A DNA stretch of 45,394 nucleotides, from positions 1 through 45,394 of the IMG/VR virus record IMGVR_UViG_3300010376_000016. The stretch is one strand, 5' to 3'. The position numbers and the translations under genes were made by a program. The stretch is from a virus. Positions 24,656-33,921 of this stretch are shown one piece after another (the stretch's first letter is position 1; every line of letters starts with the position of its first letter). A model generated the notes under the pieces. It saw nothing but the letters and a program-made list of their open reading frames with translations, did not search any database and was not told the DNA's origin.

Positions 24656-24723
24656 AGCCGTCCTTTCCTGCAGTGCGGACCGACCGACGACCCGTAGGCC
24701 GATCCGCACCGCAAGCTCTCGTC

Positions 24724-25026
24724 CTAGCTCTTCGCGGAGCTCGTGGCAGCCGTCGAGGCAGCCTTCTCCTGTTCCTTGGCCTGCCCCTTCGCTTCCTTCT
24801 CCGCTTGCGCGATCCGCTCGCGAGCGACCTTGTCCTCGTGCTCGGCCACGGCCTCGACCTCATCTTCATGGGCCGCGATCGCCTCGTCATGAGCTTCTTG
24901 CGTCTCGTCATCGAACAACTCGACCCCGTCCACGAGCGAGCGATCGGGGGAGACGTATCCGGCCTCGGGGTCGCCCGCCGAGAGCGTCAGCTTGCGCTCT
25001 TCCTTCTCCTTCGTCTTCGCTGGCAT
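24724..25026 (-). CDS. Highly acidic hypothetical protein (100 aa)
   Basis: ORF track. Confidence 0.6.
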   Translation of the reverse strand: MPAKTKEKEERKLTLSAGDPEAGYVSPDRSLVDGVELFDDETQEAHDEAIAAHEDEVEAVAEHEDKVARERIAQAEKEAKGQAKEQEKAASTAATSSAKS

Positions 25027-25029
25027 GGT

Positions 25030-25362
25030 TCACCCCCTCTCGATCTCTTCGTGCATGTGTTCGCGCTCCTCGTCGTAGTCGAAGCCTTTGCTCTTCAACT
25101 CGCCTGCAAACTCGCGGGCGAAGTACTCGGCCTGCTCGCTGCGAATCGGTGCGCCGCAGACAGGGCACCTCTCGGGCCAGGGAGTCTCGAACGGTTCCAA
25201 GCACTTGCAGCACATGTAGCCGAGCCGCATCCGCTCGACCGTCTCGGGCAAGCAGACCAGTCGCGCCTGTCGTTGAACACGGCCACCGGGAAGCCAGATG
25301 GCTTCCGTCTCGTGCGGTTCGATCGCGATCACGCTGGCCGGACGACGCCAGCGTTCAGGCAA
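25030..25362 (-). CDS. Zinc-ribbon protein (110 aa)
   Basis: CCKC...CPVC; TTG start 6 nt after GAGGAGG. Confidence 0.6.
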   Translation of the reverse strand: MPERWRRPASVIAIEPHETEAIWLPGGRVQRQARLVCLPETVERMRLGYMCCKCLEPFETPWPERCPVCGAPIRSEQAEYFAREFAGELKSKGFDYDEEREHMHEEIERG

Positions 25363-25903
25363 GGATTTCCTCCTCGCTGGGAATGCCGTTGATCTCTTCC
25401 TCCAGCGCCTGCACCAATGGGGCGCGATTCTGCATGGCGAGCTCGTACTCCAACACCGCCTCCAGGTCGTGGCCGTCCTCCTTGAGCTTTACGATCAACT
25501 CTTCGACGGTGCCGACGAACTCGTCGTACTTCGGCCACGGCGGCGGGATGACCGTCCTTGGCAGCGTGAGGACGTAGTCGAAGTGGGCAAGGTCGATCAG
25601 TCCCTTCTCGACCATCAGGCGTGTGTCGTCCGACCAGGCGGACTGTTGCTGCGCGAGCTCGCTATCGAAGACGCCGATCCGGTAATCGGGCTGAACCGTC
25701 GTGGCCTCGTCTGCCTCCTGGTAGAGGCCTTGGAACTGCCAGTGCTCAAGGACGAGCTCGCGCTCGAACGGCTGCAGACCTTCGGGCTTGAACTCCGCCC
25801 AGACGTTCGGCTGCAGCACTCTGGAGGTGCCGGTGGCGTAGGCCTCAACGATCTCACGCTGGATCTGCACAACCAGATGGCCGTACTTGGAGGCGAACCT
25901 CAT
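25355..25903 (-). CDS. Hypothetical head-module protein (182 aa)
   Basis: ATG after AAGGAGATGAG; follows the capsid gene. Confidence 0.6.
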   Translation of the reverse strand: MRFASKYGHLVVQIQREIVEAYATGTSRVLQPNVWAEFKPEGLQPFERELVLEHWQFQGLYQEADEATTVQPDYRIGVFDSELAQQQSAWSDDTRLMVEKGLIDLAHFDYVLTLPRTVIPPPWPKYDEFVGTVEELIVKLKEDGHDLEAVLEYELAMQNRAPLVQALEEEINGIPSEEEILA

Positions 25904-25972
25904 CTCATCTCCTTGGGTTGTCGGGGGCGGCGGCAAGGACGGCCAGTCGGCCACCGCCCCACGACGGTTGGC

Positions 25973-27175
25973 CTACGTCGTCGGCGCGGTCACGCCGAAG
26001 AGGATCCCGTGCGCCCTCTCGTGCGCGAACTCCCACGTCGCCTCACGCATGTACTCCGCCGAATAGGTGTCCGAACCCTTCGGCTGCTGGTCGGTGAGCA
26101 GCTTCGTGTCGCGGTCACGCAGCGGGACCTGCTGGATGTACGCCATGTCGAGCAGGAAGGCGTAGCCGCCGTACCCCTTGTTCGCGACCGGGAACTGTGA
26201 CCACTCCTTCTTCACGACCACCGGGATGCGGTAGCCGTATGCGCCCGAGATGAACGCATCGACCTGAACGCCGAACACGTTCTCGGGCTCCGGCCGCCAC
26301 TGTGCACCCATCCCCGTCCGCACCCAAGAGGAGAAGTTGAGCGCGACGGTCGGGGCGCAGAAGAGCACCTTCGAGTTTGGATCACCGAACGCGAGGATCG
26401 GCATGATCCAGTTGTCGAAGAAGAGGCCCGTCAGCGGCCCGTTCGCGTCGTTGCGATAGGTCTGGATGAACTCGACCGCTCCGCCTGCGCTTCCCTGCGG
26501 CTCGGTGTTACCGGCCGGAGCAGCCGACGACGAGACGAACGAGCGGGCACCGAAGAAGCCGATCTGCTCCCACTTCTTCTTGTGCTCCCGCGCCTTGCGC
26601 ACCGCCTCCTTCGCAGGCTCACGGCCGCCGTAGAGCTCGATCGCGGTCTGGGTGCCCGTGAACGTCCACGCGGTGCGAGTGATCTGGGTGTAGTTGTAAC
26701 CGAGAACGCGGGCGAGGTAGCGCGCCGTCGGGAACGCGGAGCCCTGCGGCTGCGCGTCACCGACAACGAGGAACACGTCACCAACGTTGACGGCTGCAGC
26801 GGCGATCGAACCGATGCCGCGTGAGACGGTCAGCGTGTCGGTCGTCACCACGGTGACACGGCTCATCTCGCCCGAGCGCATGTTGCGGATCAGATCGTTC
26901 GGCTGAACGATCTTGCCCTGACCGGCCTGCAGAACGAGCGCGGTGTCGGTCGAAAGCTGGGCGGTTGTGGTCGTCACCTGGCGGGGAAAGTCCTCTTCCT
27001 CCAGCCAGTTCGTCTTCTCTCTGAGTGTCGTGCGGTTGGTCGCACGGTCGGTCATCGTCGTGAACTGCGTGTCGTCAGGCTGAAGCTGACGAATCTTCTC
27101 GTCCATGTCGATGACCCGCTCGTCGGGCAGGATCTCTTCGGTCGAGATCGCACCTGTAGCGACGGTGCCAGCCAC
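25973..27175 (-). CDS. Major capsid protein (400 aa)
   Basis: Size and position after the scaffold; strong GAAGGAGG SD; GTG start. Confidence 0.7.
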   Translation of the reverse strand: MAGTVATGAISTEEILPDERVIDMDEKIRQLQPDDTQFTTMTDRATNRTTLREKTNWLEEEDFPRQVTTTTAQLSTDTALVLQAGQGKIVQPNDLIRNMRSGEMSRVTVVTTDTLTVSRGIGSIAAAAVNVGDVFLVVGDAQPQGSAFPTARYLARVLGYNYTQITRTAWTFTGTQTAIELYGGREPAKEAVRKAREHKKKWEQIGFFGARSFVSSSAAPAGNTEPQGSAGGAVEFIQTYRNDANGPLTGLFFDNWIMPILAFGDPNSKVLFCAPTVALNFSSWVRTGMGAQWRPEPENVFGVQVDAFISGAYGYRIPVVVKKEWSQFPVANKGYGGYAFLLDMAYIQQVPLRDRDTKLLTDQQPKGSDTYSAEYMREATWEFAHERAHGILFGVTAPTT

Positions 27176-27255
27176 GATGGGCCTCCTTCGGAACGAAGAA
27201 CGGTGAGTTGTCCTTCGGCCCTCGGGGGTGTCTCCGCTAAGGGAGGCCCGTCGGC

Positions 27256-28320
27256 CTACTTATCCCAGGCTTCGTCCAGTTGCTCCAAGGTGAGGCCCGG
27301 AACGATCACCCTGTTGCGCCGGGGTGTCTCGCTTGAAGCTGGCGTTGCCTGTCCTGAACTTACCACCGCCGCCGCTTTCGCGTCATCGGCCGCCTGGCGG
27401 CGCTCGGCCTTCACCTTCTCGCGGGTCCCGGCGACACGCAGGTTGGTCGCCCGTGCGATCTCGTAGATGCCGATAATCCCTCGCGCGGCAATCTCGGGGT
27501 CGTTCGAGCGCGCATCCGCGACGAGCGGATGCCCATCACCGAGCGACTGCAGCGTCGAGACCATCTGCTCCTCGTACTGCGGCATCTCGGGGAAGTGCTC
27601 GACCAGGACGCCCATCAGCGCGTTGTGATCGACCTGGAAGCCCGCTGCCTGCTCCTGCTGCGCCTGCCAGTTCATGCTGGCTTCGGTCTGGTCGATCCAC
27701 TGCGCGACCCGGGCGGCGTCGTACGGGGAGTCCACCGACCATTCCTCGCAGACGGCGCGAGCGAGGTCGTATTCGCCCGCCTGCACCGCCTGTTGGACGT
27801 AGACGCGGGGTGTCCCGGACTGGACGGCCGCCGCGACCCAGTTGCGCTGCTCGTCGTTCAGGATCGGGTTGGCGAACGACTGCGCCTGCGCGAGCTCACG
27901 CTGCAGTTGCTCCACCTGCCGGGTGAGGACGGCTTTCTCTTGGCCTTGCCGTCCCAGCACCTGCTGGAGTTGGACTGCGGCCTTGAGCGCCTTCTCCGGG
28001 TCGCCCTGGTACTTGGAGAGGTAGGCCTGGATCTCCGGGTCGTCGCTCTGGTAGGCGGCGACCGTGGCCGCCTCTTCCTCTTCCGGCTCCTCCTCGTCTG
28101 GCTCGGACGGCTCCTCCGGCTCCTCGGGCTCTTCCGGCTCCTCGGGTTCGGTCTCCGACGAGGCTTTCTCTTCCGGCTCAGGTGCTTCCGGCTCGGGTGC
28201 CTCGTCGGGCTCGGGGGCTTCCGGCTCGGGCTCGATCGGCTGCTCGGGCTCCGCACCCGTCCCTTCGACCTCGTTCCACGCGCCGAGGATCTGGTCGGTC
28301 AGGTCACGATTTCTGCTCAC
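27256..28320 (-). CDS. Scaffolding protein (354 aa) with Pro/Glu-rich acidic N-terminal tract
   Basis: Helical Gln/Ala-rich body; lies between portal and capsid. Confidence 0.6.
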   Translation of the reverse strand: MSRNRDLTDQILGAWNEVEGTGAEPEQPIEPEPEAPEPDEAPEPEAPEPEEKASSETEPEEPEEPEEPEEPSEPDEEEPEEEEAATVAAYQSDDPEIQAYLSKYQGDPEKALKAAVQLQQVLGRQGQEKAVLTRQVEQLQRELAQAQSFANPILNDEQRNWVAAAVQSGTPRVYVQQAVQAGEYDLARAVCEEWSVDSPYDAARVAQWIDQTEASMNWQAQQEQAAGFQVDHNALMGVLVEHFPEMPQYEEQMVSTLQSLGDGHPLVADARSNDPEIAARGIIGIYEIARATNLRVAGTREKVKAERRQAADDAKAAAVVSSGQATPASSETPRRNRVIVPGLTLEQLDEAWDK

Positions 28321-28616
28321 TCAACTCCTCCTTCGAGCTTCACGCCCTGCTGCTGCAGGTAGCGCTCCAGCGAGTTCTCCGCCGAGACCGGCACGGCGAC
28401 CAGCCAGCGCATCCCGTTCACGAAGCCGCGCAGATAGTCGATCTCGCGCTGCGTGAACTCCTGCGGGGAGCCCATCGTGCGCGCGAGGACATGCTTCTCC
28501 AGCCGGGTGATCTTGCGCTGCACTTCCGCTTCGAGCTCCGGCCAGGCCGGATGACGGGAGAGCGCGGTCAGGTTCGCCTGCCGTTGCGCGAGCAGAGCGC
28601 GGTCATGCTCGCTCAT
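28317..28616 (-). CDS. Hypothetical head-module protein (99 aa)
   Basis: ATG 28616 after GAGGG, 10 nt past the portal stop. Confidence 0.55.
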   Translation of the reverse strand: MSEHDRALLAQRQANLTALSRHPAWPELEAEVQRKITRLEKHVLARTMGSPQEFTQREIDYLRGFVNGMRWLVAVPVSAENSLERYLQQQGVKLEGGVE

Positions 28617-28626
28617 CGCCCTCGGT

Positions 28627-30573
28627 CTAGCCACCGCCGCCGCCGTTCGCCGCACCGCCGCGCATCCGCAGCATCGTCGCCATCGCGTTCTCCGGGCTCA
28701 TCGACTCGGTCGCGTTCGGAGAGAGCGGGCCTGCCGCCGCATCGACGTTCGTCATCCCGCTGCCACCGCCCGCGCCCGGAGGCGGAAGCTGTTGCTGGCC
28801 GGGCGGCAACTGCTGGCCGGGCGGCGGTTGCTGCTGCGGCGGCCCGCCCGCCGTCTGAGCGCCAACTTGCGGTGGCATGAAGTAGCGCTCCTTGTCGGGG
28901 ATGTCGTAGGCGTCGAGGGTCTTCTCCATGAAGGCGCGCAGGTTGAGCGGCGAGCCCGAGACGGAGAAGACCTGCTGCACCTGGGCGGCGATCTGGAGCA
29001 GCGACTGTGACTCGGCGCGGCGCTCCTGCCGCAGCAGCGAGTCGGTCGTGACGTCGATCGTCACGTCGTAGTCGCCCTGGATTTCCAGCGGCGAGATCGT
29101 CCGGTAAGCCGTCGCACCCTGCTGGCCGACGATCTTGACGACACGCTCGTCGCGCATGAACTGCTGGTAGAGCAAGAGGAAGTGCTTGCCGAGCGTGGCG
29201 TAGGCCCACTGGTAATGCTGCTTGCGCGACTGGATGATCCGTTGCGCGATCGTGGTGATGATCGACATCCCGGTCGCCGTCTGCTGGTCGATCGTCTGCG
29301 ACTGGACACCGGAGGCCATCGGCAGGCCGCCCATGATGTTCTGCAGGTCGCCCTTCAAGAGCGCCTCGGCTTGCAGCGTGATCGACGCGACGGTCGGGTC
29401 GATCTTCAGCGTGTCCACTTGGCCGGGGTCTTCCACGAACCACTGTGCGTTCGGGGCCCACTCGAAGGAGTCCGGGTCATCGACATCGGAGCGGATGACG
29501 GTGATCAGGTTGGCCAGCATCCGAACCACGTCGAGCCGCTGGTTCTGCAGCGTCCAGAGCATGTCTTGCAGTTGGGCGAGCGCTTCGACCACGGAGATCC
29601 CAGGGATCTGGAAAGCGTCCGGCATGGCGCTGCAGACGACGAACGGGAGCCGTCCGTTCCAGAACGGGTTCGGCTTGTCGGCCAGGACGACGGTGCGGTT
29701 GCCGACAGTGATCACGCGCTCAGGCGTCCAGTACTCCAGCACCTCGACGAGGTCTTGGGTGCGGTCGATGTTGCGCAGCCGCATCTCTCGCTGCGAGATG
29801 TTCTTGAGCGCGCCGAGCGACTCGCCGTTCTTCAGTTGCTCGACGTTCTGGTAGATGCCCCGCGCCTGCTTGCGCTTGAGCTCGTCGTAGGAGACCCAGG
29901 TGCGGTCGATCAGGTACTCGGCGGTCTCGACCCGTGAGGCCTGGGGTGGCCAGAAGAAGTCGCGCACGTCGCGCACCTCGACGGCGGCGTCGTCGCAGAT
30001 CAGCGCGTCCTTCGTCACCTGCTCCTGATGGGTGGCGATCGAGTCGATGGTCGCGCCGTAGTTGTCGGTGATCGAGACCGTGTCGGGCGCGAGCGTGGTC
30101 ACGTCGCGCCGTTCCTGGTGCCAGTAGTCCTTGAGCACGGTGATCCCGGCGATCAGATCCTGCTGCATGAAGTCGCGCTGCTTCTGCGCGAAGGCGGCCC
30201 GATCGAGCGCGTAGCGAAGCGTGTCGTCAAGCGCGTTGACTGCACCGACCCGCGCCAGCACCGCCTCCAACGGCTCCTCGGGCCGTGGTCGTGGCTGCAC
30301 GTTGAAACGCGGGTAGGGCTCCAGCATCGTCGCCAGCATCCCCTCGCAGGTCTGCAGGACGTACGGGGTCGTGATCGTGGAGTGCCAGTCCTCGTCCGAC
30401 TGGGCAGCTGGCGAGGACTCCGCGTCGGCCAGCCCCCGGTAGGCGTTGTAGCGGTGCTCGACTCGTTGCACGAAGGCGTCGTGGTAGCGACGCTCGCACT
30501 GTTCGACGGCGTGAGTGACGAGGTCGAGCGCAGAATCGACCGACGCCTCGTCGTAAGGGGTGGTCTCAGCCAC
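28627..30573 (-). CDS. Portal protein (648 aa) with Pro/Gln/Gly-rich C-terminal tail
   Basis: Size and position after TerL. Confidence 0.72.
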   Translation of the reverse strand: MAETTPYDEASVDSALDLVTHAVEQCERRYHDAFVQRVEHRYNAYRGLADAESSPAAQSDEDWHSTITTPYVLQTCEGMLATMLEPYPRFNVQPRPRPEEPLEAVLARVGAVNALDDTLRYALDRAAFAQKQRDFMQQDLIAGITVLKDYWHQERRDVTTLAPDTVSITDNYGATIDSIATHQEQVTKDALICDDAAVEVRDVRDFFWPPQASRVETAEYLIDRTWVSYDELKRKQARGIYQNVEQLKNGESLGALKNISQREMRLRNIDRTQDLVEVLEYWTPERVITVGNRTVVLADKPNPFWNGRLPFVVCSAMPDAFQIPGISVVEALAQLQDMLWTLQNQRLDVVRMLANLITVIRSDVDDPDSFEWAPNAQWFVEDPGQVDTLKIDPTVASITLQAEALLKGDLQNIMGGLPMASGVQSQTIDQQTATGMSIITTIAQRIIQSRKQHYQWAYATLGKHFLLLYQQFMRDERVVKIVGQQGATAYRTISPLEIQGDYDVTIDVTTDSLLRQERRAESQSLLQIAAQVQQVFSVSGSPLNLRAFMEKTLDAYDIPDKERYFMPPQVGAQTAGGPPQQQPPPGQQLPPGQQQLPPPGAGGGSGMTNVDAAAGPLSPNATESMSPENAMATMLRMRGGAANGGGGG

Positions 30574-30889
30574 CGACCGCCGCCGCCCGCCCCTGCAGCG
30601 CCCGCGTCAGACTCTTCATCCCACCCGCCTGCGTGTCCTTCTGGTTCCCCGCCTGGATCGTCAGGACGAGCTTGAGCGCAGCGGTCGCCGTTGCGCGATC
30701 GCCGTGGTCGTGATCCATCGTGATGAACGCCTGTAGCGCGTCGGTCGCCGCGTCGAGCGCGTCCGTCGAGGTCTTGTAGGTCGGCTCGCCCTGCTCGTTG
30801 TCGGTGTCTCCGAGATCAGGCGGAAGCCCACCGGGGGGCCCGCCGGGGCCGCCGGGCCCGAGCGCGCCCGCGAAGTCCATCATGCTCAT
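30566..30889 (-). CDS. Hypothetical protein between TerL and portal (107 aa)
   Basis: ATGA overlap with the TerL stop. Confidence 0.6.
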   Translation of the reverse strand: MSMMDFAGALGPGGPGGPPGGLPPDLGDTDNEQGEPTYKTSTDALDAATDALQAFITMDHDHGDRATATAALKLVLTIQAGNQKDTQAGGMKSLTRALQGRAAAVGG

Positions 30890-32541
30890 GCGACTCTCCT
30901 TCTCTGCCAGGGGTAAGCGTGGGGACGACGGCGGTGCGCGGGTCTGTGCTGGACGCGCCGCTCGTGACGGCCGTAGAGCCGGTACATCTCAAGCGCGATC
31001 CCGAAGGCAATGACGCGGTCGTCGTTCGCGCCTTCCTGCGCTCGCGGTGAGGGCAGGGTCTTCTGTCGGACGAACGTGCGGAGCTCCATGATCAGGTGGC
31101 GCGGCAGCGCCGGGACGCTGCGCTCGCGGATCGCCTGCTCGATCTGGTTGACCACCTGCGGCCTCGTCTTCGTGTTCATCGGGAAGCCGTAGTTGGCAAG
31201 CATCTGCCCGTCCGGCCGGTCCTGGATCGTGTGCCGGTAGAGCTTCGGGTAGGTCGGGCGGCCCTTGCGTCCGTCGCGCAGCGAGATGATCACGGGCTCG
31301 CCGTAGCCGCCGCCCATCTCGACCGCGAGCCTGGCGTTGCCGTACCAGCGTCCGAGGAAGTGCAGTTGCTCCGCGAACTCGTCCGGGTCGATCTTGCCGT
31401 GGAACTCGGCGGCGAGCGCCATCGTCTGCAGGTCGATGACGTAGGCGGCCGAGTAGTCGAGGCCGCGCCCGGTCGCGACGTCCGCCCCGATTGCGTAGTC
31501 GTGCTCGGGGTTCGGCCGCGCGAAGACGTGAACGTGTCCCCGGTCGTACTTGTGCAGCTTCGACTTGCCCCCGGAGCCGTCGGTCTTGAAGTCGAAGCGG
31601 AAGTCGGCTTCGAGCGCCGCCTGCTCCGAGTACCAAGCGAGCGCCTCCAGGTCGAACCAGCATTCGCCCGTGTTGATGAAGGCGTCCTCGGGGGTGCGCG
31701 GGTACTGCTCGGCCCGGTCGTGCGCCGGAAGCGCCTTGGCGACGTTGGCGTACCAGTGCTCGTCGCGATCGGGATGCAACGACCAGGGCAGGAAAGCAAC
31801 GTCGATCCCGTACGCCTCCCCGTTCACGTACAGGTGGTGGAAGAAGTTGCCCTCGCCGGTCTGCTCGTTCGAGACGCCGTTGGCGGTCGAGACGACGATG
31901 ATCTGGCCGCCGTTGTCGGCGGTCGGGAACATCGCCTTCCAGGAGTCACGGGCGTATTCGTGGCGCGCGTACTCGTCCAGTAGCACGAGCGTCGCTACCT
32001 CGCCGTGACCGGCTCTGCGGGTGGAAGGGAGCCCGACCGCCGAGGAGATGCGCCCGTCCTTGAACGTGAACTCGATCAGTGTGGACGGCCGCGCGCCGCG
32101 TGACGGCTTCGTCACCTCAGCCTCGAAGCAGAGGTGATCGGGGAGCGAGTGGAACATGTCGAACATTCGGTTGACGACTTTGATCGCCTCGTCCTCGTTG
32201 ATCGAGACGATCAGGACGCGCGTCCCCGGCATCGTCAGGAGCTTCCAGAGCGCGTAGCCGACGGCGAGCCAGGTGATCCCCAACTGCCGCGCCTTCAGAA
32301 CGAGGTTTAGCGGGTTGGCCATCCAGTGGTCGATCGTCTCCCGTTGCCAGTACCAGCCCGCGTCGGGGTCGTTCATCGTGAAGGTGAAGCGCTCGCCGGT
32401 CCGCGAGTCCACGCACTCGGCGTGATCGAGCAGCCCAGCTGGGTGCTTCAGCGCGGCGGCTCGTTCGTTCAGCCGTCGCGCGTACTCGATCCAGAACGCC
32501 TCGACCATGTCGAGGTTCGCTTCGACTACTGGCAGGTCCAC
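30886..32541 (-). CDS. terL: Terminase large subunit (551 aa)
   Basis: KARQLGITW (Walker A-like), LVLLDEYA (Walker B), C-terminal nuclease block AIGADVATGRGLDYSAAYVIDL. Confidence 0.9.
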   Translation of the reverse strand: MDLPVVEANLDMVEAFWIEYARRLNERAAALKHPAGLLDHAECVDSRTGERFTFTMNDPDAGWYWQRETIDHWMANPLNLVLKARQLGITWLAVGYALWKLLTMPGTRVLIVSINEDEAIKVVNRMFDMFHSLPDHLCFEAEVTKPSRGARPSTLIEFTFKDGRISSAVGLPSTRRAGHGEVATLVLLDEYARHEYARDSWKAMFPTADNGGQIIVVSTANGVSNEQTGEGNFFHHLYVNGEAYGIDVAFLPWSLHPDRDEHWYANVAKALPAHDRAEQYPRTPEDAFINTGECWFDLEALAWYSEQAALEADFRFDFKTDGSGGKSKLHKYDRGHVHVFARPNPEHDYAIGADVATGRGLDYSAAYVIDLQTMALAAEFHGKIDPDEFAEQLHFLGRWYGNARLAVEMGGGYGEPVIISLRDGRKGRPTYPKLYRHTIQDRPDGQMLANYGFPMNTKTRPQVVNQIEQAIRERSVPALPRHLIMELRTFVRQKTLPSPRAQEGANDDRVIAFGIALEMYRLYGRHERRVQHRPAHRRRPHAYPWQRRRVA

Positions 32542-33023
32542 TCACCTCCGCGTCCGTGCATGTGCATCCAGCCCGCCGCCAGTGCGTTTGCGACGGGATC
32601 CCAGACTGAGAGCGAGGCATACGGCGTCGTCCGCCAGGTCGAAGGGAGGAACTGGAAGAGACCGCTCGCCCCAGAAGAAAGGTTGCGGGAGAAGCGGTTG
32701 AACGTCCCGCCCGTCTCGCAGCTTGCCTTGCGCCAGAGCGTCGTGCACCAGCCGTAGGTCGCGCAGGCGATGTCGATCGCTTCCGACACCGAGGGCGAAT
32801 GCAACTGCTCGCGTCGCTCCTTCAAGTACGCCTTGTGCCAGACGCGAGCTCGTTGCGCCCACGCCTCCGGGCCTAGACCGTCGAACTTGATCTGGCCGTA
32901 GCCGACGGTGCGCTGGTGCTTCGACGTGCGGTGCTGCGGGTCGGTGCCCCCCTTGGCGCTCGCCGCGAGGACGACAACACCGAAGAAGGATGCTGCGAGA
33001 ACGGTTGCGGATCCACGGCTCAC
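32526..33023 (-). CDS. Secreted Rpf-like (transglycosylase-like domain) protein (165 aa)
   Basis: Signal peptide; SCETGGTF...GLFQFLPSTW...GEWTC parallels Rpf CESGGNW...GLQF..STW...WP.C. Confidence 0.7.
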   Translation of the reverse strand: MSRGSATVLAASFFGVVVLAASAKGGTDPQHRTSKHQRTVGYGQIKFDGLGPEAWAQRARVWHKAYLKERREQLHSPSVSEAIDIACATYGWCTTLWRKASCETGGTFNRFSRNLSSGASGLFQFLPSTWRTTPYASLSVWDPVANALAAGWMHMHGRGGEWTCQ

Positions 33024-33169
33024 GCCTACCTCCGAGGTCGCTGACAGGAACCGCCGTAAGAGACGGCGTCAAGTCGCGCGACTACGGGGATGAGACCGTC
33101 TCGCTCGGCGTGTGGGTGAAAAGCTGACTTGCCTGAGGGCCCTGCGAACCAACCCCGGAGCGGGGCGGT

Positions 33170-33310
33170 CTACTTCTTCTTGGCGCTGCGCTTGCTCGCA
33201 GACTTGCTCTTCGAGCGCGAGCCGCTACGGGCTGCCCGCTCGCGAGCCTCGAAGGCCGCAGGCTCCTTGCTCTCGACCTTGTACGGGTCTTTGATCTTGC
33301 GTCCGGCCAC
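33170..33310 (-). CDS. Tiny Lys/Arg/Ser-rich protein (46 aa)
   Basis: Hand-translated GTG ORF after AGGAGAC. Confidence 0.45.
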   Translation of the reverse strand: MAGRKIKDPYKVESKEPAAFEARERAARSGSRSKSKSASKRSAKKK

Positions 33311-33320
33311 CTGGAGTCTC

Positions 33321-33509
33321 CTATCGCTTGGATTTGCGCCTGCGCGATTGACCCGACTGCGAGAGCGCGATCGCGACCGCCTGCTTCTGCGACTTGACGA
33401 CCGGCCCTTTCTTCGACCCCGAGTGCAACGTGCCCGCCTTCCACTCGTCCATCACCTTCTTGACCTTCGCTTTCTTTCCGGCCTTCGTCGTCGGCACCTT
33501 GCGCGGCAT
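33321..33509 (-). CDS. Tiny basic protein (62 aa), resembles the small MHEFKxGxLHSGS...KQAIAIALSEA family (DUF6496-type, from memory)
   Basis: MPRKVPTTKAGKKAKVKKVMDEWKAGTLHSGSKKGPVVKSQKQAVAIALSQSG. Confidence 0.6.
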   Translation of the reverse strand: MPRKVPTTKAGKKAKVKKVMDEWKAGTLHSGSKKGPVVKSQKQAVAIALSQSGQSRRRKSKR

Positions 33510-33676
33510 CAGAGCCTCTTGGCCTGCTGTCGCCAGCCGACCGGCATCGGGGGCACCGGAATCTGATCGTGCGTCTCCGCCTCGATCTTGTGACTCGCAC
33601 CGCCGAACCAACTCTTGCTCGGCTTCTTGTGAGAGATCGACGGAGCCCGCTGGTGGCCTGTCCTCGGGTACCTCAT
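33509..33676 (-). CDS. Tiny basic protein (55 aa)
   Basis: Hand-translated; ATGA overlap upstream and TGATG overlap downstream. Confidence 0.45.
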   Translation of the reverse strand: MRYPRTGHQRAPSISHKKPSKSWFGGASHKIEAETHDQIPVPPMPVGWRQQAKRL

Positions 33677-33921
33677 CGCTTGCTCCTCTTCTTCGCGGTG
33701 CGCCGACCGGCCGCGAGCATCCCGGTCGCGAAGCTCGCCTGCTTCTTCGCCTTCGGCCCGTAGCTACCGGCCTTCGCCGCCGCCATCTTCGAGGCGGGAA
33801 TCTTCTGACCTTGCGGCACACCGAGCGAACGGTGCAAGCCACCCTTCTGGAAGGTGACGGGCTTCTGGCCCTTCTTACTCGGCCCGATCGTCACCTTGCC
33901 CTTGCCGCTGGACTTCGCCAT
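33673..33921 (-). CDS. Small Lys-rich protein (82 aa)
   Basis: ATG 9 nt after AGGAGG; GGLHRSLGVPQGQKIPASKM motif. Confidence 0.6.
   Translation of the reverse strand: MAKSSGKGKVTIGPSKKGQKPVTFQKGGLHRSLGVPQGQKIPASKMAAAKAGSYGPKAKKQASFATGMLAAGRRTAKKRSKR

Noticed and set aside
28060-28300. Periodic GGCTCCTC/GGCTCGGG DNA repeats, possibly a tandem repeat or CRISPR-like array
   Set aside because: They are the coding sequence of the Pro/Glu-rich tract (PEEPEEPEEP...) of the scaffold protein on the minus strand. There is no spacer-repeat architecture.
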